Positions 10,960 through 23,607 of a stretch of DNA of 44,925 bases are shown in pieces (position 1 is the first letter of the stretch; every line of letters starts with the position of its first letter). The notes under the pieces are model-generated. The model did no database searches. It saw only the letters and a list, made by a program, of their open reading frames with translations, and was not told the DNA's origin. This DNA is from Malacoraja senta (lineage: Eukaryota), in NCBI GenBank assembly GCA_038087875.1, contig JAXLNO010000072.1, forward strand, positions 1 through 44,925, read 5' to 3'. The translations under genes and the position numbers were made by a program.

Positions 10960-12614
10960 AACAAATGATACTAGAAGCACTTAACCGAGAGAAGAAGGAA
11001 TTAAAGAAATCCCAGGAGCGGCCACGGGCAGCCTCTGGTTTTGAATTTATTTCGCTTTTGTGGCATTTGCTTTTCCTCAAACCTCAAAAAACAGAGCGAC
11101 ATCAAAAGAGGAAAAACGTCCGGTTCATATTCATTCAGTTCAGTGCGTGGCAGTTCGCAGGAAGTGACAAGTTGTGGGCTGGGCTCATTACCACTCTCTG
11201 TGAAGACATTAAGAACCAGTTTGGATGCATACCAACAGGCATTGTCAGGACCCTTGGTCATCAAGACACCGTTCTGAAAACCGATTCCAACCGTGAGTGG
11301 GTATCCAAAAGGATCCTCGGAATTCCCGTCTGGCTTATTTTTACTTTGCTTCTGCTGCTAGCTGTTGTGCTTGCGATAGTCATCTTAATGAATGGCTTTA
11401 CCTTAGGAGATATGGAAAGTAATTACGCTGTAGCAGCAGAAGGCGTGGGCTTTGGCTTAATTGGAATTTCCGCCCTCATGACAATGAAGCACTCGCTCAT
11501 GATGGGGAAGAACATTTGTGTCAGTCAGAAAGACAAAATGCAGAGCCTCATGAATAAATCAGACTTCAGCAGTCAGCTAGGCTTCATGAATGACGTGAAG
11601 CAAGAAGTTAAGGTCCTTACAAACTTCATCCACTACATGGAAGTCTTTGAACGAAGAAAGATTCGGGTAGTAATGAAAATCATGAGCTTGGACAGATGCA
11701 CACCAGATAAAATTGTTGGAGTCCTGGATGCTATGAACATCCTTCTTTCAGATCCAGAAGCCCCTTTCATTTCAGTACTTGCCGTTGATCCGAGCATTAT
11801 TGTAGACTGCGTAGAGAAATCTAGTAACCTCAAAGGCGTTGGTGAAAATGGCTACAGGTATCTGAACAGGATTGTGTCATTACCATTTTCTGTCCCCAAA
11901 ATGGACACTCAGACGAAGCTCAAATTCCTTCAACAAGCAATAGATGGCAAGAATGCCCTCATGGATGACAATCCACTGACTACAAAAGCCTCTGTGGGCA
12001 GATTTCGGAAAAATGCTTCTGAAAGCATCCCATTGATCAATGTTTCCATTGAAAACGGCCAACCTTCCAAGCAAGGAAATGTGAAACTGAGTGCAGGTAG
12101 TCATATTCAACAGGCTTATCAGTGTATAACTGACATAAATGGGCATCTCCTTCAGTACATCGAGGACAACTTCCTGCAAATGAAGAGGATAATTAACATA
12201 ACCTCAGTGATGATTGGGCTCATGGTGGAGAGGAACATCTCAATGAGCTCCTTTCCACCCCAGAGAGTTGTTGCATGGATTGTTTTAGCAAGCAACTGGC
12301 CGTGCCGTCTCAGTTGGATCTGGCAATGTTGGGAAGATGCGGAGCAAAGGAAAAAGTTGAATGAAGAAAAAGACACCGATGACGACATGCTTCTGTGGAC
12401 CGTTTATGAACAATCCTTGGAGAAGTTCAAGACAATTCGCTCCGAAATTGAAAACTTGTTGGCAATGGATGGTGACCCAGAAATCTTTCAGGCGTTTCTG
12501 TCAGAGAGTTACAAATTCACCGTTAACGATGCAAAAACCATTACTCCATGCACAATTAATCTAGATCGATCTTTAAAAAGAAAGATGGAATTGCTTCTTG
12601 CACGCAATTTATGA
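10960..12614 (+). CDS. NKPD1: NKPD1-like (NTPase KAP family P-loop domain protein 1), large terminal coding exon
   Basis: Acceptor CCTTCTTTTATAG| at 10959. Motifs: FSAWQFAGSDKLWAGLITTLCE, two hydrophobic TM segments, SQLGFMNDVKQEV, LDRCTPDKIVGVLDAMNILLSD, NGYRYLNRIVSLPFSVP, WPCRLSWI, DGDPE. Confidence 0.93.
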
Positions 12615-13204
12615 GCAATAGGAGTCAGAAGTACAGTTTCATCTCCAACCAAAGAGAATTCATGGTTTAAAAAGAAATGATAGAAAATTCAATACTTAAT
12701 AATAACGTGAATACTCCCAGACTGGTCAGCCACACTGAGATGAACATACAATCACGGGGATCAGAATATGGCAAAAATACATAGGCTTTTCCAATGAACT
12801 GATCATTTATTGTCTTCTTCTTATCGAATCCACACACAAGATTCGAAGTTGTTCAGCCAGAGATGAACACACTTCTCAGCATCTGCATACAATGGCGTCT
12901 GTCTAGTGCTTCTTGTGGGTGGTGGTGGAAAGATTGGTGGAAACAGGACCGCGTCGTGAACACTCTTTCCTTGACCCTATCATGTATTGTGGAAGCACTT
13001 GATTAATTGCATAATCAACAAGAAAACGTGTACTTTCAAGTGCAGATGTCCACAATGTCTGTGCTGTAAAAGAAAAACCTCATCTGATTCTACCTGATCC
13101 ATATCTGAAAGATTTTCCTCCATGCAGAGATGCACATGGGAGAATTGTTGCTTCAAAACCCTTCTAGGATGGAGCCTCTTGCTGAGCGAACCTTCACCCC
13201 ACGT

Positions 13205-13252
13205 CCTCCTCCTCCTTCTAGTTCTTCTAGTGCTTCTAGTCCTTCTAGTGCT
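13205..13252. repeat. Low-complexity / 9-bp tandem repeat (CTTCTAGT-N)n preceded by (CCT)n
   Basis: cctcctcctccttctagttcttctagtgcttctagtccttctagtg. Confidence 0.8.
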
Positions 13253-14559
13253 CAGTACACCCCCTCCTTATTTTCCACATCGTGGTCCATACCAAGCAAG
13301 ATGCCAACCAAAGCATCCATCTCAAGAGAGCAGCAATACCATACAAGTTGAGATTCAATTCTTTATTCAGCTATATTACTCCCTGGGTGCTCAGAAATTG
13401 TGACAATGCTTGCAACAATTAGCAAATGATCGAAATCAACTAATGCACGAAGCACAGTCTAACAGGATCTTGCTGAAGTTAAATGTCGAGTCAACCGTGC
13501 AAACTGAGCACAAAACATGAGCGTGCATTATTGACTCCAATTCGACAGCACGGATGTCAAACTAATATTGTACAGTAAGATAGACACAAAAAGCTGGAGT
13601 AACCCAGCGATTCAGGCAGCATATCTGGAGAAAAGGAATAGATTGAGGTGGAGACCCTTCTTCAGACTGAGGGTCAGGGGAAAGGGACACGAGAAATGTA
13701 GACAATGATATAGAGATATAGAACAAATGAATGAAAGATATGCAAAGAAATTAATGATGATAAAGGGTTAATAGTAAAATGTTACAATCAGTCTCCTCTG
13801 CATCCTTCTCTAATGCAGGGACCTTACACTTGATGCAATAATATGGTAGTTGGACTCATTTCCCATATAGATATTCATGTGCATCATTTCAATCAAATCA
13901 GCACCCATAGTCCCAAGTAATCGACTGCAGGCCACTGAATTTCAACCATCTTTATATTTGTTTCACAAATGCTATCAAAGAAATTGTTTTTTAAATCTAA
14001 TTTCCATTATTTTGCTATCTCCGCACTATGAAGTTGTAAATATAAAGTGAATAGTGATCAGAAACTGATTCAAGTGTGGTGCATACTTCAAGGTGTTTTT
14101 GTTTTCCGAGAAGCTTGGTGAATGCTTGAGGGGGAAATAGACTAAATGATGCATTGCTGGGTTGGATAAAATAAAGTGAATGAATGCAGCATTAACACGT
14201 GGGCGTTCATAGTTGTTTCTATGTTTATAGGTGACTTTGTTCAACATGTACAATAATTTTGAAATTACTCAATGCTAAGATGAACACCATCTATTGCAGT
14301 GTTATTGTAAATCAGAAATTGCTTGTAGTCATGCTGGCAACTGTATTAACCTGTCCAGCAAAAGAGAAAAAAAAGCATGAGTTGTATTCATGTTTAAGAA
14401 GGAACTGCAGTGCTGGGAAAATCGAAGGTAGACAAAAATGCTGGAGAAACTCAGCGGGTGAGGCAGCATCTATGGAGCCAAGGAATAGGCGACATTTTGG
14501 GTCGAGACCCTTCTTCAGACTGATGTGGGGACTTTCATGTTACATTCAGAACATTTGGA

Positions 14560-14950
14560 TCTTGGAATACAGGTACATAGTTCCCTGAAAGTCGCATCAC
14601 AGGTAGATAGGTTTGTCAAGACGGGTTTCAGCACACTGGCCTTCATCAATCAGGATATTGAATGTAGACATTGAGATGTTATGTTATAGCTGTTGAAGCT
14701 GCATGTGGAGTATCGTGTTCAAGTTTGGTCACCCTTGCCACAGCAAGGATCTCGTTAAGCTGGAAAGAATGCAGAGAAGATTTACGACAAAGGACTTCAG
14801 GCCTGAGCTATAGGGAGAGGTTGGACAGGCTTGAACTTTATTCTTTGGAGTGCAGAAGGCTCAGGGTGATCTTATAGAGTATAAAATCATGAGGTGTACA
14901 GGGTAAATACACAGAGTCTTCTCCCCAGATTATGGGAACCAAGAACCAGA
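14560..14950 (+). mobile_element. Degenerate CR1 LINE fragment
   Basis: GLSYRERLDRLELYSLECRRLRV resembles the CR1 ORF at 9133-10071; frameshifted. Confidence 0.75.
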
Positions 14951-16044
14951 GTGTCGAAACAAGGAACTGCGGGTGCTGGTTTACCAAGGAAAGACACAAA
15001 ATACTCCACAGTAACTCCACAGGTCAGGCAGCATCCCTGGAGAACGTGGATAGGTGACGTTTAGAGTCGGGATCCTTCTTCAGTCCAGAATTAAAAGCCA
15101 TGGATACAAGATTAACACAGTGCTTAGACTGAAGAGCTTGCTTCACTTGCAGTTGCTGAGGTGAATACATGGTTGCATTTTGTGGAAAAGATGAAAGAAA
15201 AAAATATATAAGGGTAAGCTGATAAGAGGATGATGAAGAAGAAACCTCATCTGGACAATTTATAAGATTACATTTTAAGGGCTAACAAGCTTGCTTCGTT
15301 CTGCAATATTATGTAATGTGCATTGTCTGCAAAATGAAAATCTGATGTAAGAAGTTGTCATGATCTTCAGTAAGATATACGACATGTAATGTATAATCTT
15401 ATAAGTTCAATTGTTTATTTTAACTTGTTTAACCTTTTGTACTGTGGTGCTATAACTATAATAAACTATTATTGTAAACTATTATATAACTATAATAAAA
15501 CATATATGCTTTCGACCAAGGCTCCCTCTAATCTTTCAGTGTCAAAAAAGTAAATCCAGTACGATTTCTTACTGAGGTGTGAAACTTGCAGCAATTATAT
15601 ATCCAAAAGGAACCTCTAGATTAAAAGTGAAATTGGTGGTAAATACTTCACACAAACAGCGCGAGAACCTCTATTGAAAATATTCTAAACCAATTCTTAC
15701 ATTGACAGTTGATGGCTACATCATGTTATAAAATACAAATTATAGAAGTATCCTCACACACTCTAGCAACATCCAACTAAGCTAAACACATATATTCAAA
15801 ACCAAATTACATCTAAAACAATTAAGTAACGATAACATCAAGCACTGCAATATTTCTGCAGTGGTTAACAAAAGTTGTTAAAGCTTAAATATGATTATAA
15901 TTAAGAATACATAACATGTTAGTTTTGTCTCTTTGCAAAATTAGATTAGACCAAGTGGAAGGCAGCAAAGTCTATGTCACGTGAGAGGAGGAAGTGATGG
16001 TGGCAGAGTTTGATAGCTGATACAAATGAGTTCATTCCTTCATG

Positions 16045-16315
16045 GTTTAGTGTAGAGATATAGCGCGGAAACAGGGCCTTCGGTCCGTTAAGTCCGCGCC
16101 TCCAGAGATCCCCACACACTAATGCTATTCAACGCACACTGAGAACAATTTACAATATTACTAAGCAAATTGTACAACTTTGGAGTGTGGGAGGAAACCG
16201 GAGCGCCCGGGGAAAACCCACGCAGGACGCGGGGAGAACATACAAACTCCGTACAGACAGCACCCCAAGTTAGGATCAAACCCGGGTCTCTGGCGCTGTA
16301 AGGCAGCAATTCTAC
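16045..16315 (-). mobile_element. tRNA-derived V-SINE-like element
   Basis: Reverse complement of the SINE at 38177: B-box-like GGGTTTGATCC and V-domain TGTTCTCCCCGCGTCCTGCGTGGGTTTT. Confidence 0.8.
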
Positions 16316-17265
16316 TGCTGAGCCTCTTCATCAGTACCTTGCAGCTAAAGATCATCGTGAGTTCAATATATTAAGCTGTCCCCATCAGAATCAGTTTGAT
16401 CACAGCCAACATGGTCCCAAAATTATTATCCTGTGAAACTGAAAATATTCCCAACATGTAAAAGTTGAAGCACAGATCATTATTTGAACCGACAACTTTT
16501 GTTGTATTATAATAAACTCAGATGAAGAGTCAGTGCTTCATTACCTAAGGCGTTGCAAATATTATCAATCATCAATAGATGCCCCCACCTACGATGTTAT
16601 GGACAGATCATTGAAACAACTGCTGGAAGTGGCTAGATGCAGGTCACTGTTCTGACGATGTGTTGACGCTAAGACTGATTACTCTCCAATAACACACGTT
16701 TCTTCCTTGCATGGGGACTGATTCTAGACAGGTGACATTTCCTTCTCCTTCTCGAGTGCTTTCATTTTGCTAGAGTTCCTTGTGGGCTGCCGTCAAATAA
16801 AATGCTGAGTCTACATTGCACTTACCTGTTTAGCTGCTTAGTTTAACCCAAGGGTATAATTTTATCTGGGCAGGATCCAAACTGCCTATCGGCAGGCAGG
16901 TTACAGAGAACAGGGCAGATTATAAGATATCTCAGTGATAATTGAGAGTAGGCGGCCGGTGTGTGAATGGTTGGATTGAATGTCTCTTGTTTATATGCGA
17001 ATAGGGCATGGCTGGGAAATTCATTGAATTTAATTGTTCTAGTGTCGTGGAAATCTTGTCTGGCTGCTGCAGTACAGCCTTGATATCAGCAGGTTTCATA
17101 GCTCTATGTGGTGTGTTCAGCCCGTTCACAAGGCCTAGATAATTCATCCATTCAGCACTTTTGAAGGCTGAGGATGGTAGCAAATGGCTCAGCCTATGTC
17201 TTATTCAGTCACTGATCATGTTTTCCAATTGACATGATCTTGGAGCCTCCTCCTCCAATTGGTTT

Positions 17266-17587
17266 TTTAGTTTAGTTTAGAGATATGGTGTGGAAACAGG
17301 CTCTTCGGCCCATAGAGTCCGCACCGACCAGTGATCCCCGCACATTAACACTATCCAACACACACACATACTAGGGACAATTTACACGTATACCAGCCAA
17401 TTAACCTACAAACCTGTACGTTTTTGGAGTGTGAGAGAAAACCGAAGATCTCGGAGAAAACCCACGCGGTCATGGGGAGAACGTCCAAACTCCGTACAGA
17501 CAGCACCCATAGTCGGGATCAAACCCGGGTCTCGGGTGCTGCAAGCGCTGTCAGGCAGCAACTCTACCGCTGTGTCCCCTTGCCACC
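17266..17587 (-). mobile_element. tRNA-derived V-SINE-like element
   Basis: Same family as 38177; (TTTAG)n tail at 17266-17280. Confidence 0.85.
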
Positions 17588-19037
17588 CGATTCTAGACAG
17601 ATGACATTTCCTTCTCCTTCGGGAGCAACTGGGCATGGCTGGGAAATTCATTGAATTTCATTGTTCTGGGAAATCTTGTCTGGCTTTGCTTTAGTACAGC
17701 CTTGATATCAACAGTGTTCATAACTCTGTGGTGTGTTCAGCCTGTTTACAATCTCAAGTGGAGTGAATCAACTGGTTCAGCACTGCCTTATGCAATGGAT
17801 GCACTTCACATGGCCTAGATAATTCATCCATTCATCACTTATGGCTGTGGATGGCAGCAAAGGGCTCAGCCCAAGCCCAAATCTTATTCAGTCACTGATT
17901 ATGTTTCACAATAACTGATTATAGCTACATACAATATTAATTTATTGATTTAAAAAATTCTGCTTATTATGTTTACTGTCCTGTTAAGCAGCTTCAAGTA
18001 AGAATTTCATTATTCCATGTGACTGGTGTACATGTGACAATCAAACAATCTCGACTTGAATTAATTGTGTTTATTTCTTAAGAAAATCTGTTACCTTCAT
18101 GACCCTCATTACTGAAACGAGGCTTTTAATTCTGGATTTATTTAGTTAGCTGAATTTAGGTTCTACAGCCATGATGGTTGGGTGTATCTCTGGGAATTTG
18201 TCAAAACTGTCCAATAATGCAACCACAAACATGTGCTATGAAATAAAGTACCATCCAAACAAAATGTGCAAAAATGTTTTACTGGTACATTCAGAATCGT
18301 TATATCAACATACATATATATGGTAAATTTAGTCCAACTCATGGCGTAATCACAGTGCACATGCAATATGATATCATGAACATCAGGCCTACTGAGTGTC
18401 AGATCGTTGACTGTTCAGCATTACTTAATCACAAGATGCAACGATAAACCCATTCCAGGGCCGTCTTTATTATTTCAACAAAACATAATAAACAGGATAA
18501 TGTCTGAGCTATAAAGAAGCCGATCAGGAGGTGGATATGGACTACAGAGCAAATTTGAGCTGTAAAATATGGATTGTTAGTGCATACAATTAGTAATACT
18601 GCAAATAATTATTGTCAGTGAGTTAAGGGTGTCATGCAAGAGGCGTATCGGTTTGAAGTAGCAAGTTTGAAGCATATCTGAGATATTTTCCTCCCTTTGG
18701 TTCACGAATACCGATAAACAGGGAAAACACTGGCATAACTTAGGTTCACACTTTACTTGCATAGTTCTTAACTTCTTTCACGTGTGTTAGGTCTAATTAA
18801 GCTGTGATAGGTAAAATGCCACAAGACAATTCACACAGAATTCCTGAGCTCAGTTTAAAGAATTCACCCTAAGTAGCTGCTTCACTGGGGCACGTTACCT
18901 TTGTATTCATCTGAAATGCAATTATTCAAGTAGTCAGCGCACGTAACTTGCCCGAGGCACTCCACCACTGAGATAGCCTAGAGCCTTGAAATCATAACTA
19001 AACTTTAACTCTCTCTGTAAACTAAGTCAAGCATGCA

Positions 19038-19613
19038 CTAAACTTGCTGACGAGGTGGAATCTGGATGTCGGGGAGCAAGCTGCAGCTTGTGATTATGTC
19101 CATCTTTTCTGTCACTGATTTCAAGTCATCCAGGATTAACCGGATGCTGTGCGAAGCGTTAATGATGCCGTTCTGGGAAGTGCTGAGGTGGCTGGTGGCA
19201 GTGCGAATCTCCTTGGTGGCATTCTCGTACATCTGTTTGACGGCCTGCTCCACGTTGTGGTTAAGACGCACGTTGCTCTCCCTCAGCTTCTGCTGCAGCA
19301 GACTGCTGTACCGGCCCTGATGGCGAATCTTCACAACCGGCTTCTCCTCCACCGCGGTCAGGACCTCCGCTTGCTTGTCACGCACCACGACCAGCGGCGG
19401 CAGACTCTGCTGAATGGCCTGTTGGATGTCTTGTGCCGTCGCGGACTCTACGCTGACCGAATCTTCGTCGTCCGTTTCCGATGCTTCTCCGGACACTTTC
19501 GCTCCCGTCTGCAAGATGCATGGTGGCGACGTGGATGTGAGATAGAGCTCCTCGTCAGAGTCTGTCTCAGAGGCCTCCCCCTGAACAATGGTCAGGAACT
19601 GTGCAGTGGACAT
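19038..19613 (-). CDS. BLOC1S3: Biogenesis of lysosome-related organelles complex 1 subunit 3 (BLOS3), 191 aa, single coding exon
   Basis: Two GEASETD acidic motifs, LPPLVVVR, and a C-terminal coiled-coil domain SLLQQKLRESN...ASHSIRLILDDL...IITSCSLLPDI. Splice acceptor TTATTTAG| at 19627, 13 nt before the ATG, implies a non-coding first exon. Confidence 0.93.
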   Translation of the reverse strand: MSTAQFLTIVQGEASETDSDEELYLTSTSPPCILQTGAKVSGEASETDDEDSVSVESATAQDIQQAIQQSLPPLVVVRDKQAEVLTAVEEKPVVKIRHQGRYSSLLQQKLRESNVRLNHNVEQAVKQMYENATKEIRTATSHLSTSQNGIINASHSIRLILDDLKSVTEKMDIITSCSLLPDIQIPPRQQV

Positions 19614-19692
19614 GCTGCATGTGCTCCTAAATAACAGAACACAAACTGTAATTCTCTTCTAAAGCATTCTTCTGCAACCTTGTTCCCTTTAT

Positions 19693-20330
19693 GTGTAGGA
19701 AGGAACTACGGATGCTGGTTTACAACGAAGATAGACACAAATTGCTGGAGTAATTCAGCGGGTCAGGCAGCATCTCTGGAGAAAAGGATTGGTGACGTTT
19801 CGGGTCGAGACTCTTCTTCAGACTGAAAGTAGGGGATCCGAACAGAGAAACTAGCAGGATGACTAGGGTGGGAGAGGGACAGAGAGAGAGGGAATGCAAG
19901 GGTTACTTGAAATGAGAGAAATCAATATTCATACCGCTGGGTTGTAAGCTTCCCAAGCAAAATCCAATTTGTGTGGGGCCTCACTCTGACAGTGGAGGAG
20001 GCCCAGGTCAGAAAGGTCAGTATGGGAGTGGGAAGGGAAGATTAAATGTTTGGCAAATGGGAGATCGGATAGGCCCAGGCAGACTGGGCATAGGTGTACA
20101 TCGAAACGATTGCCTAGTCTGTGCTTGGTCTTGCTGATATATAGGAGTCCGCACAGAGAACAACAGATACTGTAGATAAGGTTAGAGGAGGTGCAAGTGA
20201 TCCTCTGCCTCACTTGAAAGGACTTCCAGAGTCTCTGGATGGAGAAGGTATAGGGACAGATGTTACATCTTAATGGGGAAAGTACCTGGGGAGGGGATGT
20301 TTTGGGTGGGAAGGGATGAGTTACCCAAAT
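19693..20330 (-). mobile_element. Penelope-like element 3' fragment (degenerate GIY-YIG endonuclease and pLTR) in the BLOC1S3 5' intron
   Basis: RQRITCTSSNLIYSICCSLCGLLYISKTKHRLGNRF, followed by the shared pLTR sequence. Confidence 0.85.
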
Positions 20331-20998
20331 CCCTTTATCATTGATGCGCTGTTACAAACCTCATGGAGCACTGTCCTCTGGACATAACAGACCCTTTAAG
20401 AACAGACTGCCGACTCCTGTGGTGAACTCTGTCAGCTGTAGCTGAGTCTAGAAAGGGACAGATACATGCAGGAATGACCAAGGTCAGACAGATCTTTTGG
20501 TCCAGTTTCACTCACTGTTGGAAGGGTGGGGTTCCAAAAAAGCTTTGGGTTTAAATCTTTGGCTGACCTTCACAGAGTATCACATGGTGTGGGTGGAGTA
20601 AGGAATGTTTTTATGATGGTACACGAGATATTGCAATACGTGGGATAGGCTGGGTTGTTCAACAAGTCTTTCAATATTTACGGTCAAACAATACTCAGGG
20701 GCGATCGTTTTATTAAAAAAAATATTTTTACTTGTGCCTTGGCTAGGCTGGGTAATGGCTAAACTTTGAGATAACAAGGTAGTTTGGATCGTGCATTCTG
20801 CTCTTGCATATTGGCGATAATTACAAATGTTGACAGCACCTAACAGAGACCGATGGAGTGAAACTTAATTGACGACGTAAATTGCCGTGCAGCCCGAAAG
20901 AGGGTGGTAAAGGCTCGTGAATCATCGTGGGTGTTTCTGGGAAAAGGTAAATAAAAGATGAATTAAATCCGAAACTGTCTGTAGGAGGAGAGAAAGAA

Positions 20999-21650
20999 AG
21001 AATGAATGAATGAATATGTTTATTGGCCAAGTATGTACACATACAAGGAATTTGCCTTCGTGCTCCGCTCGCAAGTAACAACACGACATACAGTAAACAA
21101 TTAAGAATAAAACATTAAGAATACAACATTATAGTTTAAACATATGAATTAAATAAAATACCAGAGCAAAAGGAGGCAACAGACATTTGGTTATTGAGTA
21201 GACCTACTGTTTGTGGAAAAAAGCTGTTTTTATGTCTGGCTGTGGTGGCTTTGACAGTCCGGAGTCGCCTTCCAGAGGGAAGTGCTTGAAAGAGTTTGTG
21301 GCTAGGGTGAGAGGGGTCAGAGATGATCTTACTCGCTCGCTTCCTGTCCCTTGCAGTGTACAGTTCGTCAATGGGGGGAAGGCTGCAGCCAACGATTCAC
21401 TGTAGCCTCCGGATGTCGTACTTGGTGGCTGAGCCAAACCAGACCATGATGGAGAAGGTGAGGACAGACTCTACGATGGCCGTATAGAATTGGACCATCA
21501 TTGCCTGTAGCAGATTGTGTTTCCTCAGCTGCCACAGGAAGTACATCTTCTGTTGGGCCTTTTTTGACTGTGGAGTCGATGGTGGCCCCCCATTTAAGGT
21601 CCTTGGAGATGACGGTTTCAAGGAACTTAGAAGACTTCACAGATGTGACT
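20999..21650 (-). mobile_element. Rex1/Babar-like LINE 3' fragment
   Basis: KKAQQKMYFLWQLRKHNL...FYTAIVESVLTFSIMVWFG; (GAAT)n tail at ~21000. Confidence 0.82.
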
Positions 21651-22879
21651 GTAGTGTTGTCGATGGTGTTGGGGGAGGAGGGGAGGAAGAGAATTAATAC
21701 TGAAAATGTGAGATACCACGCTGGAATGGCTGATGTAAACATATAAAATGTTGTAACTACTCAGGGGTCAGAAGACTTCCACAATTAAAAGGAGGACCTG
21801 AAACTGCTGAATTTATTGTTAAGACTGGAAGTACCTAGTTGGAAGAGGAGGTGATAGTCCTCAAGCATTGGCTGAGCTTCATTGGAAAATTATTGGAAGT
21901 CAAGAGCAATAAGGCAGAGTGGGAATTAGGTACAGAATTAAAGTGTAAACTGGGAGCTCAGAGTTACTGGTTGGGGACAATAGAAATTTCGGCAGATTAC
22001 CTGTTGAAAGTCAAAGGTAAAGATAAGGAGAACATTTTCTTTATTTCTGAGTGGAAAGAGTTTGAGAGCACATGTAGAAAATGGACAAGAATTTTGACAG
22101 CATCATTAAGTATTGTGGAGGAGAAACCACAAATCAGGAAGAAAGAACAGCCTCAATGCCCCCTGGGTAAACAAATTCCAAAGATATACGAGATCCCTTT
22201 AAAAAAAATAGTCGTCTCCTTTCAAAATAGCCTGCCATTCAGAAACTGTGTTCCCTCATCTCTAAACTCCTCAACATCCTCTTTGTGTCCACACTCCAGA
22301 GCAGTATAATCCTTCTACTGAACTGTTCCAACTCACAGATGATAAGTTTGATAAGACACAAATTGTCCGAGTAACTCAGTGGGTCAGGCTGCATCGTTGG
22401 AAACATAGAAAATAGGTGCAGGAGTAGGCCATTCAATATGATCATGGCTGATCATCCAACTCAGTATCCTGTACCTGCCTTCTCTCCATGTCCCCCTGTG
22501 GAGGACATGGATGGGTGACATTTCGGGTTAGGACCATTCTTCAGACTGATTGAACATTCACATGTCCTCCACAAATACTGCCTGACCCTCTGAGTTACTC
22601 CCAACAATGTTCCACACGCGATTCCAGCATCTGCAGTTCCTTGCGTCTCAATCTTTAATACAACAAAACCTTGAGATCTCTCAAAGCCAACTTGCAACGA
22701 GAGGTGGGTGTTATGGCAACAACAACAAAAATCACCAGTTGTGACAATTCTCCGAATGTCTCAGCTCTCCACAGCCACCTTACCTTTACTGATAGCTGAG
22801 AATGGATGCAACAAGGCTTGGGCAGCCCAAGGACCTCCCCCCCCCCCCTGCTCGTTACTTCCGCATTGTGACATAAATC

Positions 22880-23400
22880 ATTTGCATAGTGCGCCCGCGA
22901 CTGATTTACATATCGTTTACATATCACGTTAATCACGTGGACAGGAGGGAGGCGTCAACCGCCGTCCGGGCGCGGGACGGTCGCACCGGACAACTGCGCT
23001 CGCTACGAGCCGACGATGGTCGGAACAACTATAGGCCCGACTTCTTAATGAATTAACATTCGTTCCCGCACCCTATAACCGTCTCCGCCGTCGCCTCCGC
23101 CAAGGTTTATTTTTTACCGGCTGAAGCGAACCGCTTCTCTCCAACGGCCGCCGTCTCCTCACCCGGTCACGTGACGCCGGCAGCGCCGCCCCTAGCGGCC
23201 TGGAGCACCAAGTGCAACTGCAGCTGGTGCCCCCGTTGTGGTGCCCCCTAGCGGCTCGGAGGGTCAACCGCTCCAAAACCGCGCCCTCACTACTTACTGC
23301 TACCATTGTCCCCCTGTCGGACTGAACGCGCATTGCCATTAAGGGCGAGAGCGTCCTCTGGCGACCCGCAGGTTAAAGTGCTGCACAGGCGATGAATGGC
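22880..23400 (-). promoter_or_regulatory. CpG island / probable BLOC1S3 promoter and first exon region
   Basis: Non-repeat CpG-dense stretch ~3.3 kb upstream of the BLOC1S3 acceptor. Palindromic GTCACGTGAC at 23166-23175 and CACGTG at 22934-22939. Several candidate minus-strand donors. Confidence 0.7.
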
Positions 23401-23607
23401 AACAAGAGACTTCAAAGTCAAGTCAAGTGAGTTTATTGTCATGTGTCCGTGATAGGACAATGAAATTCTTGCTTTGCTTCAGCACACAGAACATAGTAGG
23501 CATTTACTACAAAACAGATCAGTGTGTCCATATACCATTATATAAATATATACACACATTAATAAATAAACTGATAAAGTGCAGATAACAGATGATGGGT
23601 TATTAAT

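Noticed and set aside
19149..19634. 161-aa ORF antisense to BLOC1S3
   Set aside because: Shadow of a GC-rich coding exon with no independent support.
21839..22309. 156-aa + strand ORF in the BLOC1S3 5' intron
   Set aside because: Non-ATG start and no motif; it appears to overlap decayed repeat sequence.
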